Notes: a model not told the origin generated them from the letters alone. DNA of 64,000 nt from Candidatus Woesearchaeota archaeon (GCA_038874655.1 JAVZBY010000003.1:140036-204035), one strand, 5' to 3'; shown: positions 20,777 to 31,476, counted from the stretch's first letter. Numbers and translations: made by a program.

Positions 20777-21199
20777 TTATTTACCCCAAGCTAAAATACC
20801 CCATATAACAAAATTTACAATGGGTATCATCATTAATATTGCCCACCAACCTGGTTTTTGTCTTGCTTCGCAAATTTTCCATTGTGCCATTATTGAAACT
20901 ACCATTAAAGTTAGTGATGCAAAAAAGTTTATAAAAGGTATAATTAGAGCTATTATCAATAACATTAACATTGGGTTCATTTTAGCCATTTTTAGCATCA
21001 AATAAAAATTAGCTATTGGAATCCATGCTAACCATGCATTTTGTACATTCAATCTTTGTGCTGTTTTCATCAATGCTAAAGACATATAGACATATACTGC
21101 TACTGAAAACAAAACTAAAAAAACCATCATCCCCATTAATAATCCTAATAACCCTGCTGCACTATCTCCAAAAACCACATCATTGTATTGCAATAACAT
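20777..21199 (-). CDS. Small membrane protein, DUF5684-like
   Basis: Repeated AWLAWIPIAN / PGWWAILMMIPIVN motifs; SD GAGGTGAT upstream. Confidence 0.7.
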   Translation of the reverse strand: MLLQYNDVVFGDSAAGLLGLLMGMMVFLVLFSVAVYVYMSLALMKTAQRLNVQNAWLAWIPIANFYLMLKMAKMNPMLMLLIIALIIPFINFFASLTLMVVSIMAQWKICEARQKPGWWAILMMIPIVNFVIWGILAWGK

Positions 21200-21308
21200 T
21201 TTATCACCTCATAATATAAATAAAATTTAGAATTTAAATATTTTTTTATTCAATCTTTTGTAATATTTATGTAAAAATTTTAAAAAGATTTAAAATTTCA
21301 ATCATAAA

Positions 21309-22307
21309 ATGAAACTAAAATTAATTCCTCTATTTATATTTGGATTTATAATTATTTCATTAATTTACAGTCATTTTGGTTTAAAAGATGCACTAGACGC
21401 ATTTAAAAAATTTACAATATTACCTTTAATTGCTTTTATAATAATTGCTATTATAATTGACTATTTGTTAACTTACAGATGGAAACTCATATTAGAAGCA
21501 AACAACATAAAAATAAATTTTCTAAAAATATGGCAATATAGGCTAAGTGGTTTTGCAATTGGTTATTTAAGTCCTCAACCAAATATTGGTGGAGATCCTA
21601 TAAGAGCAATATTATTAAAAAAAGATAAAGTAAAATTCAAAAAAGCTTTATCAACAGTAATAATTGATAGAAGTATTCAAACATTAACAGATTTAATTTT
21701 TGCATTTATAATGATTCTAATTATTTTTTTTTCAATAAAAATCTCATTAAAAACAAAAATCCTTTTATTTTTAATTGTTAGTTTCCCATTATTAATAATT
21801 ATATATTATTTCACTGCAATGAAAAAAAACAAACCCTTTTTTAGCAAGTTATTTAAAAGATTTAAAAAAATACAACAAAACTTAATTGAAATAGAAAAAA
21901 TAATTTCTAATTTTCACAGAAAAAAAAACCACATATTTATAAAAACATTATTAATAAATTTTTTAGTCCTACTCTTGATTATAATTCAATATGTATTCAT
22001 ATTAATGCTTCTAAATATTAATATTAATATAATCACTATTTTTTTATTAATAATAAGTATAACTATTGCATCTGCTGTTCCCTTACCTATGAACATGGGT
22101 GCTCTTGAAATTTCACAAATTACAGCTCTTAGCTTTTTAAAAATAGATCAAGCAATTGGATTATCAATAAGTATTTTAATAAGATTTTTAGATTTAACAA
22201 AAACAATTATAGGGCTAAACAGTTTATTTTACTTTGGATTTAATTTTGAAAAGATATTAAAAATTTTAAAGATTAAAAATGACAAAAAAAATAATAAAGA
22301 AAAATAA
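21309..22307 (+). CDS. Flippase-like membrane protein (UPF0104 / lysylphosphatidylglycerol synthase TM family)
   Basis: YRW..IL, P...IGGDPIRA..L, IIDR, P.P..MGALE, RF motifs; about 8 TM. Confidence 0.85.
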   Translation: MKLKLIPLFIFGFIIISLIYSHFGLKDALDAFKKFTILPLIAFIIIAIIIDYLLTYRWKLILEANNIKINFLKIWQYRLSGFAIGYLSPQPNIGGDPIRAILLKKDKVKFKKALSTVIIDRSIQTLTDLIFAFIMILIIFFSIKISLKTKILLFLIVSFPLLIIIYYFTAMKKNKPFFSKLFKRFKKIQQNLIEIEKIISNFHRKKNHIFIKTLLINFLVLLLIIIQYVFILMLLNININIITIFLLIISITIASAVPLPMNMGALEISQITALSFLKIDQAIGLSISILIRFLDLTKTIIGLNSLFYFGFNFEKILKILKIKNDKKNNKEK

Positions 22308-23031
22308 AAAAAATATTAAACAATCAAATAAGGCTACTGAAAAAATAAAAAATCTTTTATTAGAATATGAATCAAAAAAAGATAAAATAAGAAAAAGATT
22401 AGATGATTTCATAAAGTTTTATAATGAGGATTATTCTTGGTTTTATGAAAATAATGAGTTAATATTAAAAAAAATTAATAAAAATAATGATGAAAGAATT
22501 TTTGAAGAACTTTGTTTCTGTATTTTAACTGCTAATGGTTCTGCACTAACAGGGATAAAAGCAATTCAGTATTCTAGAGATATTTTAATAAATGGAACAA
22601 AAGAAGAAATACAAAAAAAGTTAAAAGAATCTGGGGTTAGATTTCATAATAGAGCAGAGTATATTTTTCATAATAGAGAAAAACTAAAAAAAGATTATAA
22701 TTTTGAAATTAAAAAATTAATTGATGAAAAAAAACACAATAAACAAGAATTACGAGAATTTTTTGTTTCATACATCAAAGGTTTTAGTTATAAAGAAGCA
22801 AGTCATTTTTTAAGAAATATTGGCGTTTTTGATTATGCAATCCTTGATAAACATATTTTAAGAACAATGTTAGAATATAAAATAATAAGAGAAATTCCTA
22901 AAACAATTACAAAAAAGAAATATTTGGAATTAGAGCAAAAATTTATTGATTTCAGCAAATTTTTGAATATTGATATGAATGAATTAGATTTATTACTTTG
23001 GCAAACCAAAACAGGAAAAATTCTTAAATAA
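22279..23031 (+). CDS. ogg: 8-oxoguanine DNA glycosylase/AP lyase (archaeal Ogg2 type)
   Basis: EELCFCILTAN, RFHNRA.YI, KG.SYKEASHFLRN, ILDKHILR, ELDL.LW..KTGKILK C-terminus. Confidence 0.92.
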   Translation: MTKKIIKKNKKNIKQSNKATEKIKNLLLEYESKKDKIRKRLDDFIKFYNEDYSWFYENNELILKKINKNNDERIFEELCFCILTANGSALTGIKAIQYSRDILINGTKEEIQKKLKESGVRFHNRAEYIFHNREKLKKDYNFEIKKLIDEKKHNKQELREFFVSYIKGFSYKEASHFLRNIGVFDYAILDKHILRTMLEYKIIREIPKTITKKKYLELEQKFIDFSKFLNIDMNELDLLLWQTKTGKILK

Positions 23032-23120
23032 AAATAAATTATAAAAAAGTATAATTAAAATTTTAAAAAATTGAAATTAAAAAAAAAATACTAGAAAATA
23101 CAAAAGATCATCTGAGAAAA

Positions 23121-23384
23121 ATGCCAATAAAAATAATAGCAGATTTAATAAAATTCAAAATAAAGTTTATTGCATATTTAGCAAGACATAGTAAAAAATC
23201 ATTTAAGTTTTTATTTTGGATAGATGACTTTATAAGAATTTTTGCAATGACAATTTTATTTATGCTTATTGCAAGAATTCTTAATTTAAATGCTTTATTT
23301 TCAACAATACTTTTCTTTATTGGTGTTATAGTTGATATAGAAGATTTTATTAATAACAAAGGTATAGGTAAATTAGACATTTAA
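23121..23384 (+). CDS. Small membrane protein, unknown function
   Basis: 87-aa ORF with two hydrophobic segments, co-oriented with neighbours. Confidence 0.5.
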   Translation: MPIKIIADLIKFKIKFIAYLARHSKKSFKFLFWIDDFIRIFAMTILFMLIARILNLNALFSTILFFIGVIVDIEDFINNKGIGKLDI

Positions 23385-23442
23385 AAATAGAAAATCTAAA
23401 ATTATTGAATCATTAAAAACATATAAGAATAAGCTAGTATAT

Positions 23443-23564
23443 ACGGCAGTGGTCTAACGGCATGATAGGACCCTCCCATAAAAAAAGTATAAAACATATA
23501 ATAATAAATTATGTTAATAAATTGAAGAGAGGTCTTGATCCGGGTTCAATTCCCGGCTGCCGTA
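23443..23564 (+). tRNA. tRNA-Gly(CCC) with 51-nt intron at canonical 37/38 site (23479-23529)
   Basis: Acceptor ACGGCAG/CTGCCGT plus discriminator A; anticodon stem GGACC/GGTCT; loop CT-CCC-A[intron]A; T arm CCGGG-TTCAATT-CCCGG. Confidence 0.9.
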
Positions 23565-23613
23565 TGAAAAGATTTATTAAAACTAAATCTAATATTTAAA
23601 TAAAGGTGAAAAA

Positions 23614-24330
23614 ATGAAAAAAAAATTATTAATTATTCTTAGTATAATTATAATAATACCTATATTATTATTAGCCTATTTTGGTTTTGTTCCTGTTTTA
23701 TCAGAATTATTTAATAAACCAGTTGATTTAGGAATCAGATATACAGAGCAGGATTTAATTTCAGCACAACAAAAATCTGGAGTAATAAAAAAAGATCTTC
23801 CTAAAAATACATTAACAGAAAAAAGCATTTATTATGAAGGTAATAACAATGTTAATACTTTTTTTACAAGCAAAGAATTAACAGCATGGGCAAACAGCCC
23901 TCATTGGAAATATTATCCATTAAAAGATGTTCAAATTAGAATAAATAATGACAACACTGCCGAAGTTTCTGGTAGAATTAAAACATCTGTTCTTGAAAAT
24001 TATAAAAAATCTGTTAATCTAAAAGATGAAGAAGTTGATAAAGGTTTAAACTATATTAAATACTTGCAAAACCCAACATTTTATGCAAAAGGAAAAGTGG
24101 AAATAAAAAATAATATTGTTGAATTAGATTACGAAACTATAAAAATAAATAATTTTGAGGTTCCAAAGGAATATGATAATAAAATAGAAAGCACTTCCAC
24201 AAGGACATTGTACAACATAAAAAATTCTGTAAAAGGGTTAGATGTTCTAAATGTAAAAGAAATGAAAATTGAAAATGGTCAATTAAAATTTGATGGAACA
24301 TTGCCAAAAGAAGAATATGGATTAAAATAG
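23614..24330 (+). CDS. N-terminally anchored extracellular protein of unknown function
   Basis: SD AAGGTGA; single N-terminal TM; beta-rich soluble part. Confidence 0.7.
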   Translation: MKKKLLIILSIIIIIPILLLAYFGFVPVLSELFNKPVDLGIRYTEQDLISAQQKSGVIKKDLPKNTLTEKSIYYEGNNNVNTFFTSKELTAWANSPHWKYYPLKDVQIRINNDNTAEVSGRIKTSVLENYKKSVNLKDEEVDKGLNYIKYLQNPTFYAKGKVEIKNNIVELDYETIKINNFEVPKEYDNKIESTSTRTLYNIKNSVKGLDVLNVKEMKIENGQLKFDGTLPKEEYGLK

Positions 24331-24376
24331 AAATTAATAAAATTTTTATTCTTTATTTATAACTTTATTTATAAAG

Positions 24377-25072
24377 ATGAAAAGAAAAATATCTATAGTT
24401 ATTCCTACCTTTAATGAAGAAAAATATTTACCAAAACTATTAAAATCAATTAAATCTCAGTCCTTCAATGATTATGAAATCATTGTTGCAGATAATAACT
24501 CAAAAGACAAAACTATTCAAATAGCAAAAAAACATAATTGTAAAATAACAAAAGGAGGCATTCCATCTGTTGCAAGAAACAATGGTGCTAAAATAGCTAA
24601 ATATGACTTATTATTTTTAGATAGTGATGTCATTTTACCTAAAGATTTTTTAAAAAATTTTTTAAAAAAGATAATTAATAATGATTTAGATTATGCCAGT
24701 TGTAGAATAGAACCTTTAACAAATAAAAACAAGATTAAATTTTCATTCATGTTAAAAAATATAGGAAATAAATTAATTCCCAATCATACTTCAGGACAAT
24801 GTTTATTTGTAAAAAAAGATTGCTTTAATTCTATAAATGGATTTGATGAAAAACTTTATTTGGCAGAAGAACATGATTTTGTTGAAAGACTAAATAAAAG
24901 AAAATTTAAAGGTAAATTTTTTTTTGATACATTTGTTTATTGTGTTCCAAGAAGACAAGAAAAAGAAGGAACTTATAGAACATTGATTAAAGATATTTAT
25001 TCTGAATTATATAGAATTTTTATAGGTAAAATAAAAAAACCCATTTATAAAAAAGAATATGGGCATTATTAA
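24377..25072 (+). CDS. Glycosyltransferase family 2
   Basis: ISIVIPTFNEE, IIVADNNSKD, ARNNGA, FLDSD, GFDE. Confidence 0.93.
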   Translation: MKRKISIVIPTFNEEKYLPKLLKSIKSQSFNDYEIIVADNNSKDKTIQIAKKHNCKITKGGIPSVARNNGAKIAKYDLLFLDSDVILPKDFLKNFLKKIINNDLDYASCRIEPLTNKNKIKFSFMLKNIGNKLIPNHTSGQCLFVKKDCFNSINGFDEKLYLAEEHDFVERLNKRKFKGKFFFDTFVYCVPRRQEKEGTYRTLIKDIYSELYRIFIGKIKKPIYKKEYGHY

Positions 25073-25092
25073 AAAATAAAAAAATTTAAAAC

Positions 25093-26331
25093 TTAAATTT
25101 CGTGAAATTTTTCTTTTGTAATCTTAAAAAATAAAACAAAAGCAACCCAAGAAACAAAAATTAAAAAACTTGAAATTATAATTGGAAAGTCAATTCTTAT
25201 AGAAACAATAAAACCAGAAATTAAAGCAGGTAAAGACATTGCAAAACTTTGAACTGATTGAGAAATTCCCAAAATTTCTCCTTGTGATTCTTTATCTGCT
25301 AAGTTTGAAATAATTGCTGTTGCATTTGGTTGTGTTAAACCATTTGAAATAGCAACAAAAGGAATTAAGTAATACAAATAAATCGCTTTATCTGGAAAGC
25401 TCATTGCAACTAAGCTTAATGATAATAAGATTAAACTAAATCTTAAAATTTGTTCTGGTAAAAATTTTTTTGATAATTGTCTCGTTAAAATTCCTTGTGT
25501 CAATGCAACACATAAACCCATATAAGCAAATAAATCCCCAATCTGACTTTGTGAAAAATTAAATTTTTCTATTAAGTAAACCTGTAAAAACTGTGTATAA
25601 AAATTAAAACCAATTGTAAATAAAAAGATAATCATAAACATTAATCTCAAATTTTTCATTGCAAATGCTTTTTTTAAATTTTTAAAACCTGTAAATACAT
25701 TAATTTCCTTATGTAATTTATATTTTAAGGTTTCATTAAACCTAAAAATAACTAAAATTATATTAATTGCTGATAAAAAAGCAGCAAAAAATATAGGTGT
25801 TGTATTATTGAATAAATAAAAAAAAGTAGCGTCTGAAAGTTTTCCTCCTATAAAAGGTCCTAATATAAATCCTAATCCAAAAGCCATTCCTATTAAACCA
25901 AAATTTTTAGGCTTTTCTTGTTCATTACTTAAATCAGAGATTGCAGATAATGCAATAGATATATTTCCCCCAGTAAAACCATCAATAATTCTTCCTATAA
26001 ACAATAATAAAACATTTTTTGTTATTAAAGCAAAACCAAAAAATAAATATCCTAAAAAAGTGCCAAATAAAGAAATTAATAATATCTTTTTTCTTCCATA
26101 TCTATCTGATAATGCACCTAATATTGGAGAACCAAAAAATTGTGCAATGGGAAAACTTGATATTAATAAACCTAAAAGGATTGTTCTTTGTCTTAAAGAA
26201 AAATAGCTAGGTAAAATACCATTTGTATCTAAAAACAAATGCCCTAATATTGGAATAACTAAACCAACACCTAATAAATCTAAAAAAACAGTAAAAAAAA
26301 TAGTAAAAAGTTGTTTGTTTTGATTTTGCAT
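25093..26331 (-). CDS. MFS efflux transporter, TetA/DHA1-like
   Basis: GALSDRYGRK motif A, GRIIDGFTGGN, G.AFGLGFILGP.IGG motif C; about 12 TM. Confidence 0.92.
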   Translation of the reverse strand: MQNQNKQLFTIFFTVFLDLLGVGLVIPILGHLFLDTNGILPSYFSLRQRTILLGLLISSFPIAQFFGSPILGALSDRYGRKKILLISLFGTFLGYLFFGFALITKNVLLLFIGRIIDGFTGGNISIALSAISDLSNEQEKPKNFGLIGMAFGLGFILGPFIGGKLSDATFFYLFNNTTPIFFAAFLSAINIILVIFRFNETLKYKLHKEINVFTGFKNLKKAFAMKNLRLMFMIIFLFTIGFNFYTQFLQVYLIEKFNFSQSQIGDLFAYMGLCVALTQGILTRQLSKKFLPEQILRFSLILLSLSLVAMSFPDKAIYLYYLIPFVAISNGLTQPNATAIISNLADKESQGEILGISQSVQSFAMSLPALISGFIVSIRIDFPIIISSFLIFVSWVAFVLFFKITKEKFHEI

Positions 26332-26369
26332 TTTAAATTATATATGAAAAAAATTAATAAAAAATAGTT

Positions 26370-26651
26370 CTAATCTTCTTTTTCATCGTTTATATCTGAT
26401 TCATGTAATTCTTCTAATTCTTCTTCAATCTCTTCTTCAACTTTTTCTTGTCTTTCTTCTTGCATCTCTAAATCTTTTACAACATCTGCTAATTTTAACC
26501 TTAATTCTTGCTCTGAAATCACTCCTTTCTGTATCAATAGATCTATTAAAGTATTCAAAACTATATTATTATTTTGTACAATATCCTCTATTGTAATATC
26601 ATGTCCATGATTATGCCCACATTCACATGAACCATCTTCACAACATCCCAT
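26370..26651 (-). CDS. Small acidic protein with Cys/His-rich N-terminus (putative metal binding)
   Basis: MGCCEDGSCECGHNHGHD; SD AAGGAGG; directly downstream of copA. Confidence 0.7.
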   Translation of the reverse strand: MGCCEDGSCECGHNHGHDITIEDIVQNNNIVLNTLIDLLIQKGVISEQELRLKLADVVKDLEMQEERQEKVEEEIEEELEELHESDINDEKED

Positions 26652-26739
26652 TTTGATTTCCTCCTTAAAGTTTTATTTTCTTATATTTATTCAAAACAAA
26701 AAGTTAGAGTTTTTAATTATTATTAAATCTATGGTTTTA

Positions 26740-29004
26740 TTAATCAATATTATCCTTACTCATTAACAATGTATTACTAACAACACTAACACTTGAAAAA
26801 GCCATTGCTGTTCCTGCAATAATAGGGCTTAATAACAAAGGATAAAATAATCCTGTAGCAATTGGTATTCCTAAAACATTATAAAAAAATGCCCAAAATA
26901 AATTTTGCTTTATTTTTCTGATTGTTAATTTACTTAGATTTATTGCTTTAACAAAAGACATTAAATCATTATTCATTAAGATTATATCACCTGTTTCCAT
27001 TGCTATATCTGTTCCTGATCTCATTACAACTCCAATATCTGCCTGAGCTAATGCTGGTGCATCATTTATTCCATCTCCTACCATAGCAACATATCCCTTT
27101 TTTTCAGATTGTAATTTTTTAACATAATTTAATTTTTCATCAGGTAAAACATTAGCAAAATAATTTATTTTTAACTCATTAGCAATTGATTTTGCTGTTT
27201 TTTCATTATCGCCTGTTATCATATAAATCTCCATCTCTTGTTCCTTTAATTTATTGATAACCTCAATAGCATTTTCTCTTAATTTGTCTTTAATTCCAAT
27301 GACACCTAATAAACTAAAGTATTCTTTTTTGTTTTTTAGAGTTTTCTCAGCAACTAAAACTATTGTTTTTCCTTCATTTTGAAGTTTATCTAAAATTTCA
27401 AAATATTCTTTCTTTAAAACTATTTTATTTTTTTCTAAGAATTCTTTTATGAAATTTAAACTTCCAACAAAATATTCCTTATTTAATATTACTCCTTTAA
27501 TCCCTTTACCAGAAAAAGATTTAAAATTTTTAACATTATAATATTCTTTTGAAATTTTTTCATACTCATTAAGAATTGCCTCTCCTAAAGGATGCTCTGA
27601 ATTTTTTTCAATTGATGCAACAATCTTTAAAAAACCTTCTTTTGTTAATTTATATTTATCATTAGAAAATATAATAACATCTGAAACAACTGGTTTTCCA
27701 ACTGTTAATGTTCCTGTCTTATCAAAAACAACATACTTTACTTTATGCAATTTTTCTAATGCCTCAGCGCTTTTTATTAAAATACCTTTTTGAGCTCCTA
27801 AGCCAGTTCCAACCATTATTGCTGTTGGAGTAGCTAATCCTAATGCACATGGACATGCAATTACTAAAACAGAAACAGAATTAATTATAGCCAATTCTAA
27901 ATTTTTAAAAACAAAAAACCAAATACTAAAAGTTATTAAAGAGATTAATAAAACAATAGGCACAAAATAACTTGAAATTAAGTCCGCATATCTTTGTATA
28001 GGTGCTTTTTTATTTTGTGCATCTTCTATTAATTTAATAATATTGGCTAATGTTGTATTTTCTCCAACAGAGGTAGCTTTAAATTTAAAACTTCCATTTT
28101 TATTAATAGTCCCTGCAAAAACCTTATCATTTATTTTCTTTTCAATTGGCAAATGCTCCCCAGTAAGCATACTTTCATCAACAAAAGAATTTCCTTCTAT
28201 AATAAATCCATCAACTGGTATTTTTTCTCCTGGTTTCACAAATAAAACATCATTTTCTTTAACTTCATCAACACTAATTTTAATTTCTTGTCCATTTTTT
28301 ATTAGAGTTGCAATTTTCGGACTTAGATCAATTAATTTTTTAATTGCTTCATTTGTTTTTGACTTTGCTTTTGCTTCTAAATATTTGCCTAATAGAACCA
28401 AAGTAATAATTATAGTTGATGCTTCAAAATACAAACCATCTCCACCAATTATCATAGAATAAATACTGAAAAAATAAGCTGCACTTGTTCCTAATGCTAT
28501 CAATGTATCCATATTAGCAGTTTTATTTCTAAGAGAAGCAAAAGCTCCTTTATAGAATCTCCTCCCAGAAATAAATTGCACTGGTGTTGCTAAATAAAAT
28601 AAAATTAATTCTTGATAAGGAATCATTATTTTTAAAAACATAAATACCATACCTATAATAAAAGAAGGAATTGCAAAAATACTTGAAAATATTAATAAAA
28701 ACTTTAATTCCTTTAATTCTTTTTTCTGACTTATTTTTTCATCAAAATTAAAAACAACTCTATAACCCAATGAATTAATTATATTAATTATTTTTTCATC
28801 ATTAACCGAATTTCTATCATATTCAACAAATGCTTTTCCATTTGCATAATTAACATTAACTTCATTAATGCCATTTATCTTTGTCAATGATCTTGTAATT
28901 AATAATGAACAACTAGCACAATGCATTCCTGTAATTGAAAATGTTTTTTTTACTAGATTTATATTATTAATGTTATTATTAAGATTATTACTATTATTTT
29001 TCAT
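26740..29004 (-). CDS. copA: Copper-translocating P1B-type ATPase
   Basis: GMHCASC HMA domain, [32 protein letters not shown] and M..SS TM motifs. Confidence 0.96.
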   Translation of the reverse strand: MKNNSNNLNNNINNINLVKKTFSITGMHCASCSLLITRSLTKINGINEVNVNYANGKAFVEYDRNSVNDEKIINIINSLGYRVVFNFDEKISQKKELKELKFLLIFSSIFAIPSFIIGMVFMFLKIMIPYQELILFYLATPVQFISGRRFYKGAFASLRNKTANMDTLIALGTSAAYFFSIYSMIIGGDGLYFEASTIIITLVLLGKYLEAKAKSKTNEAIKKLIDLSPKIATLIKNGQEIKISVDEVKENDVLFVKPGEKIPVDGFIIEGNSFVDESMLTGEHLPIEKKINDKVFAGTINKNGSFKFKATSVGENTTLANIIKLIEDAQNKKAPIQRYADLISSYFVPIVLLISLITFSIWFFVFKNLELAIINSVSVLVIACPCALGLATPTAIMVGTGLGAQKGILIKSAEALEKLHKVKYVVFDKTGTLTVGKPVVSDVIIFSNDKYKLTKEGFLKIVASIEKNSEHPLGEAILNEYEKISKEYYNVKNFKSFSGKGIKGVILNKEYFVGSLNFIKEFLEKNKIVLKKEYFEILDKLQNEGKTIVLVAEKTLKNKKEYFSLLGVIGIKDKLRENAIEVINKLKEQEMEIYMITGDNEKTAKSIANELKINYFANVLPDEKLNYVKKLQSEKKGYVAMVGDGINDAPALAQADIGVVMRSGTDIAMETGDIILMNNDLMSFVKAINLSKLTIRKIKQNLFWAFFYNVLGIPIATGLFYPLLLSPIIAGTAMAFSSVSVVSNTLLMSKDNID

Positions 29005-29008
29005 TTTA

Positions 29009-29746
29009 TCATCTCAAATCTGATTCAATTAAAGGAATAAAATGAGTCATATCAATAATAGAGTTAGTTTTATTTATAATACCAACAACATGCACATTTA
29101 TTCCAAAAAAATCATCAATCTTATCACCTGATTTTTGAAATAATTTTTCTGAAATCATCATACTTGCTTCATCAAATCCAATAACAACAGGATAATATGT
29201 TTTTCCGTTAATTATCTTCACATTATAATCTTTTATGTTGCCCTCCATTAACTCTAAATTGGGTTTATCTCCTAAACTATAACTATAAAATAATTTAGGC
29301 ATTCCTTTATTTGTAAATTTAATAAAAAGTTTATTTTCAATTCCATTTATTTTATAAAAATTTTCCTCAGATAAAAAATGCATATCATCAATCATTGTAT
29401 TTGTTTTTTTCAATACGCCACCTATTTGGACATTTATGCCAAAAAAATTGTTTATATTATCATCAATTTTTGAAAATAGTTTTTCATTTTTCATCATTTC
29501 TGCCTCATTAAAACCTAAAACAATTTTATTATTTTCAATAGAAATTTTTCCATCATTTAGTTTTAGTTTTTTTAATTCCTGCTCATTCACATAAGAAAAA
29601 ACTTTCATTTCATTTTTCTCACTAAAATCTACTTTCATTTTTAAATTTTTAAAAAAATTTTCATCTATCATAACTGGTGAATATCTAAAATAAAAAAATG
29701 TGCCAATGAAAAGCATTATAGTTGTAATTATTATTGCAAATTTCAT
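29009..29746 (-). CDS. Membrane-anchored protein with internal two-fold repeat, in copper operon
   Basis: Start at 29746 (TAATG overlap with upstream stop); repeat [IV]V[LI]GF.EA.MM..EKLF....D.I..FFGINV...G...KTN..ID..HF occurs twice. Confidence 0.7.
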   Translation of the reverse strand: MKFAIIITTIMLFIGTFFYFRYSPVMIDENFFKNLKMKVDFSEKNEMKVFSYVNEQELKKLKLNDGKISIENNKIVLGFNEAEMMKNEKLFSKIDDNINNFFGINVQIGGVLKKTNTMIDDMHFLSEENFYKINGIENKLFIKFTNKGMPKLFYSYSLGDKPNLELMEGNIKDYNVKIINGKTYYPVVIGFDEASMMISEKLFQKSGDKIDDFFGINVHVVGIINKTNSIIDMTHFIPLIESDLR

Positions 29747-30339
29747 TAAAATCTGCCCCCGCAACCACATCCTATTCTTGTAGTTTGATTATTATCTTGA
29801 TTTGTTTTTTCTTCATTATTATCTTCTTTGGTGTTTTCATAAGATTGTGTTTTCAATTCATTATTCTTTGACTCATCTATCTTTGAATCATCTGAAACAA
29901 CATCAAAATAGCCAACATACATATTCATAGAGCATTGTATTCTTATTCTTCCTTCTTTTGTTGGAGTAAATTCTATAATATTATCTCCTTGCCTCACATT
30001 TTTAAAGACATTAAACTGAGGAATTACTATTGATCTTGCACAACCATAAACAGAATTTAAATCAACCAGCATCTTAACAGGAACATCTTTTTTTAAAACA
30101 CTCGGCTGTAATTCATAATTTCCTTTAGCATTTATAATTAAATTAACATTTTGAAAACCAAAATCTTGATTATTAATATTATTTAAATTTGCATTATTAT
30201 TTACATTAATATTTTGATTAATACTTTGTTCTTTTGTGTTTTCTTTCAAAATATTAAAATCATTCATCAATATATTTCTTGAAGAGATAATTGTTAATAA
30301 TAAAATAACAATTCCAAAGACAATAACGACTGTTTTCAT
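29746..30339 (-). CDS. Secreted/anchored cupredoxin-domain protein
   Basis: GCARSIVIP...IEFTP..EG.I...CSMNMYVG; C-terminal GCGCGG; SD AAGGTGA. Confidence 0.85.
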   Translation of the reverse strand: MKTVVIVFGIVILLLTIISSRNILMNDFNILKENTKEQSINQNINVNNNANLNNINNQDFGFQNVNLIINAKGNYELQPSVLKKDVPVKMLVDLNSVYGCARSIVIPQFNVFKNVRQGDNIIEFTPTKEGRIRIQCSMNMYVGYFDVVSDDSKIDESKNNELKTQSYENTKEDNNEEKTNQDNNQTTRIGCGCGGRF

Positions 30340-30388
30340 TTTTTCACCTTTTTCATTTAAAATTTTTTAATATTGTTAATTTTTAAAA

Positions 30389-31276
30389 TCAAATAGCTAA
30401 AACTGACTTAGGACCAAAATAAATTATTAAAAGCAATAAAATCAAAAACAATGCTGAATATGAAGCTAATGTTAAAAAATCAATATTATTAATCTCATAT
30501 TTTTTATTTTCTGCTAATTCTTCATAAATCATATATGATAAAAATAAAAAGATTAATCCATTTAAGAAAAAATAAATCGGACTAAAGATATTCAAATTAT
30601 CATTTAATAACATTACTGAAATCATTGCTCCCATTGTTCCTGCCATTATGCCAGACATTGAACCCTGTAAAGCACCCATAATACCACAACATTGTCCAGT
30701 AATAAAACCAACAAAAAAACCTATTAACATTCCTACTAATGCTCCAATAAAAAAGCCATTTGTTATTCCAAAGATATAACCAATCATCATTCCTGACTGC
30801 ATCCCAAAGGTCATTCCAATCATCATTCCTGTCATGCATGTAATTTTAGTTTTATAACTTAAAAAGTGCCATAAAACACTTGAAATTATTGCTAAACTAA
30901 AATTCAAGTAAATAAAATATTGTAAATATTTTACAAAAGATAATTTAAAAGCAAAAACAAAAACAGCATTAACAAAAATTAAAACAAAAAATAAAGAAAT
31001 AAAATATTTTATTAATTTGTATTCTAAAAAATATTTATGCTTATTTTCAATAAAATCCCTAAATCTTTCTGAAAATGTTTTTCTTTCAAAGCTTAATGAA
31101 GCCCTATAACCTAATTCTTTTATTTTTTTGATATATTTTTCAGGTTTTTCAGATTCATCTATCTCAATATGATCATTATTAATTTTTACATTTTTATCAT
31201 TACTAAATGCCTTTTCTAAAACTTTTACACAACTCTCGCATTCAATATCTGGAATATAAATTTTTGTTTTTTTCAT
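30389..31276 (-). CDS. HMA-domain membrane protein with Met/Cys-rich TM region
   Basis: DIECESC N-terminal HMA; CMTGMMIGMTFGMQSGMMIG and CCGIMG..G.M.G.MAGTMGAM in TM helices. Confidence 0.8.
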   Translation of the reverse strand: MKKTKIYIPDIECESCVKVLEKAFSNDKNVKINNDHIEIDESEKPEKYIKKIKELGYRASLSFERKTFSERFRDFIENKHKYFLEYKLIKYFISLFFVLIFVNAVFVFAFKLSFVKYLQYFIYLNFSLAIISSVLWHFLSYKTKITCMTGMMIGMTFGMQSGMMIGYIFGITNGFFIGALVGMLIGFFVGFITGQCCGIMGALQGSMSGIMAGTMGAMISVMLLNDNLNIFSPIYFFLNGLIFLFLSYMIYEELAENKKYEINNIDFLTLASYSALFLILLLLIIYFGPKSVLAI

Positions 31277-31281
31277 ATAAA

Positions 31282-31476
31282 TCAACCTAAAACTTTATAG
31301 CCTTCATCCTCAATTATTTTTTTAATATCCTCAAAAGAGATTTTTTTATCATCAAACTCAACATCTGCTTTTCCAATAACTACATTTGCTTTAACTCCTT
31401 TTTCTTCCAAAGCAATCTTTATCAAACTAACACAACTTTTACAATGCATACCATTAATAATCATAGTTTTTTTCAT
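31282..31476 (-). CDS. copZ: Copper chaperone (HMA domain)
   Basis: 64 aa, GMHCKSC, IEDEGY C-terminus. Confidence 0.9.
   Translation of the reverse strand: MKKTMIINGMHCKSCVSLIKIALEEKGVKANVVIGKADVEFDDKKISFEDIKKIIEDEGYKVLG

Noticed and set aside
23400-23445. Leaderless tRNA transcription (RNase P-independent, as in Nanoarchaeum)
   Set aside because: TATA-like boxes upstream of the three tRNAs are not at a consistent distance, and the AT-rich background makes them unreliable
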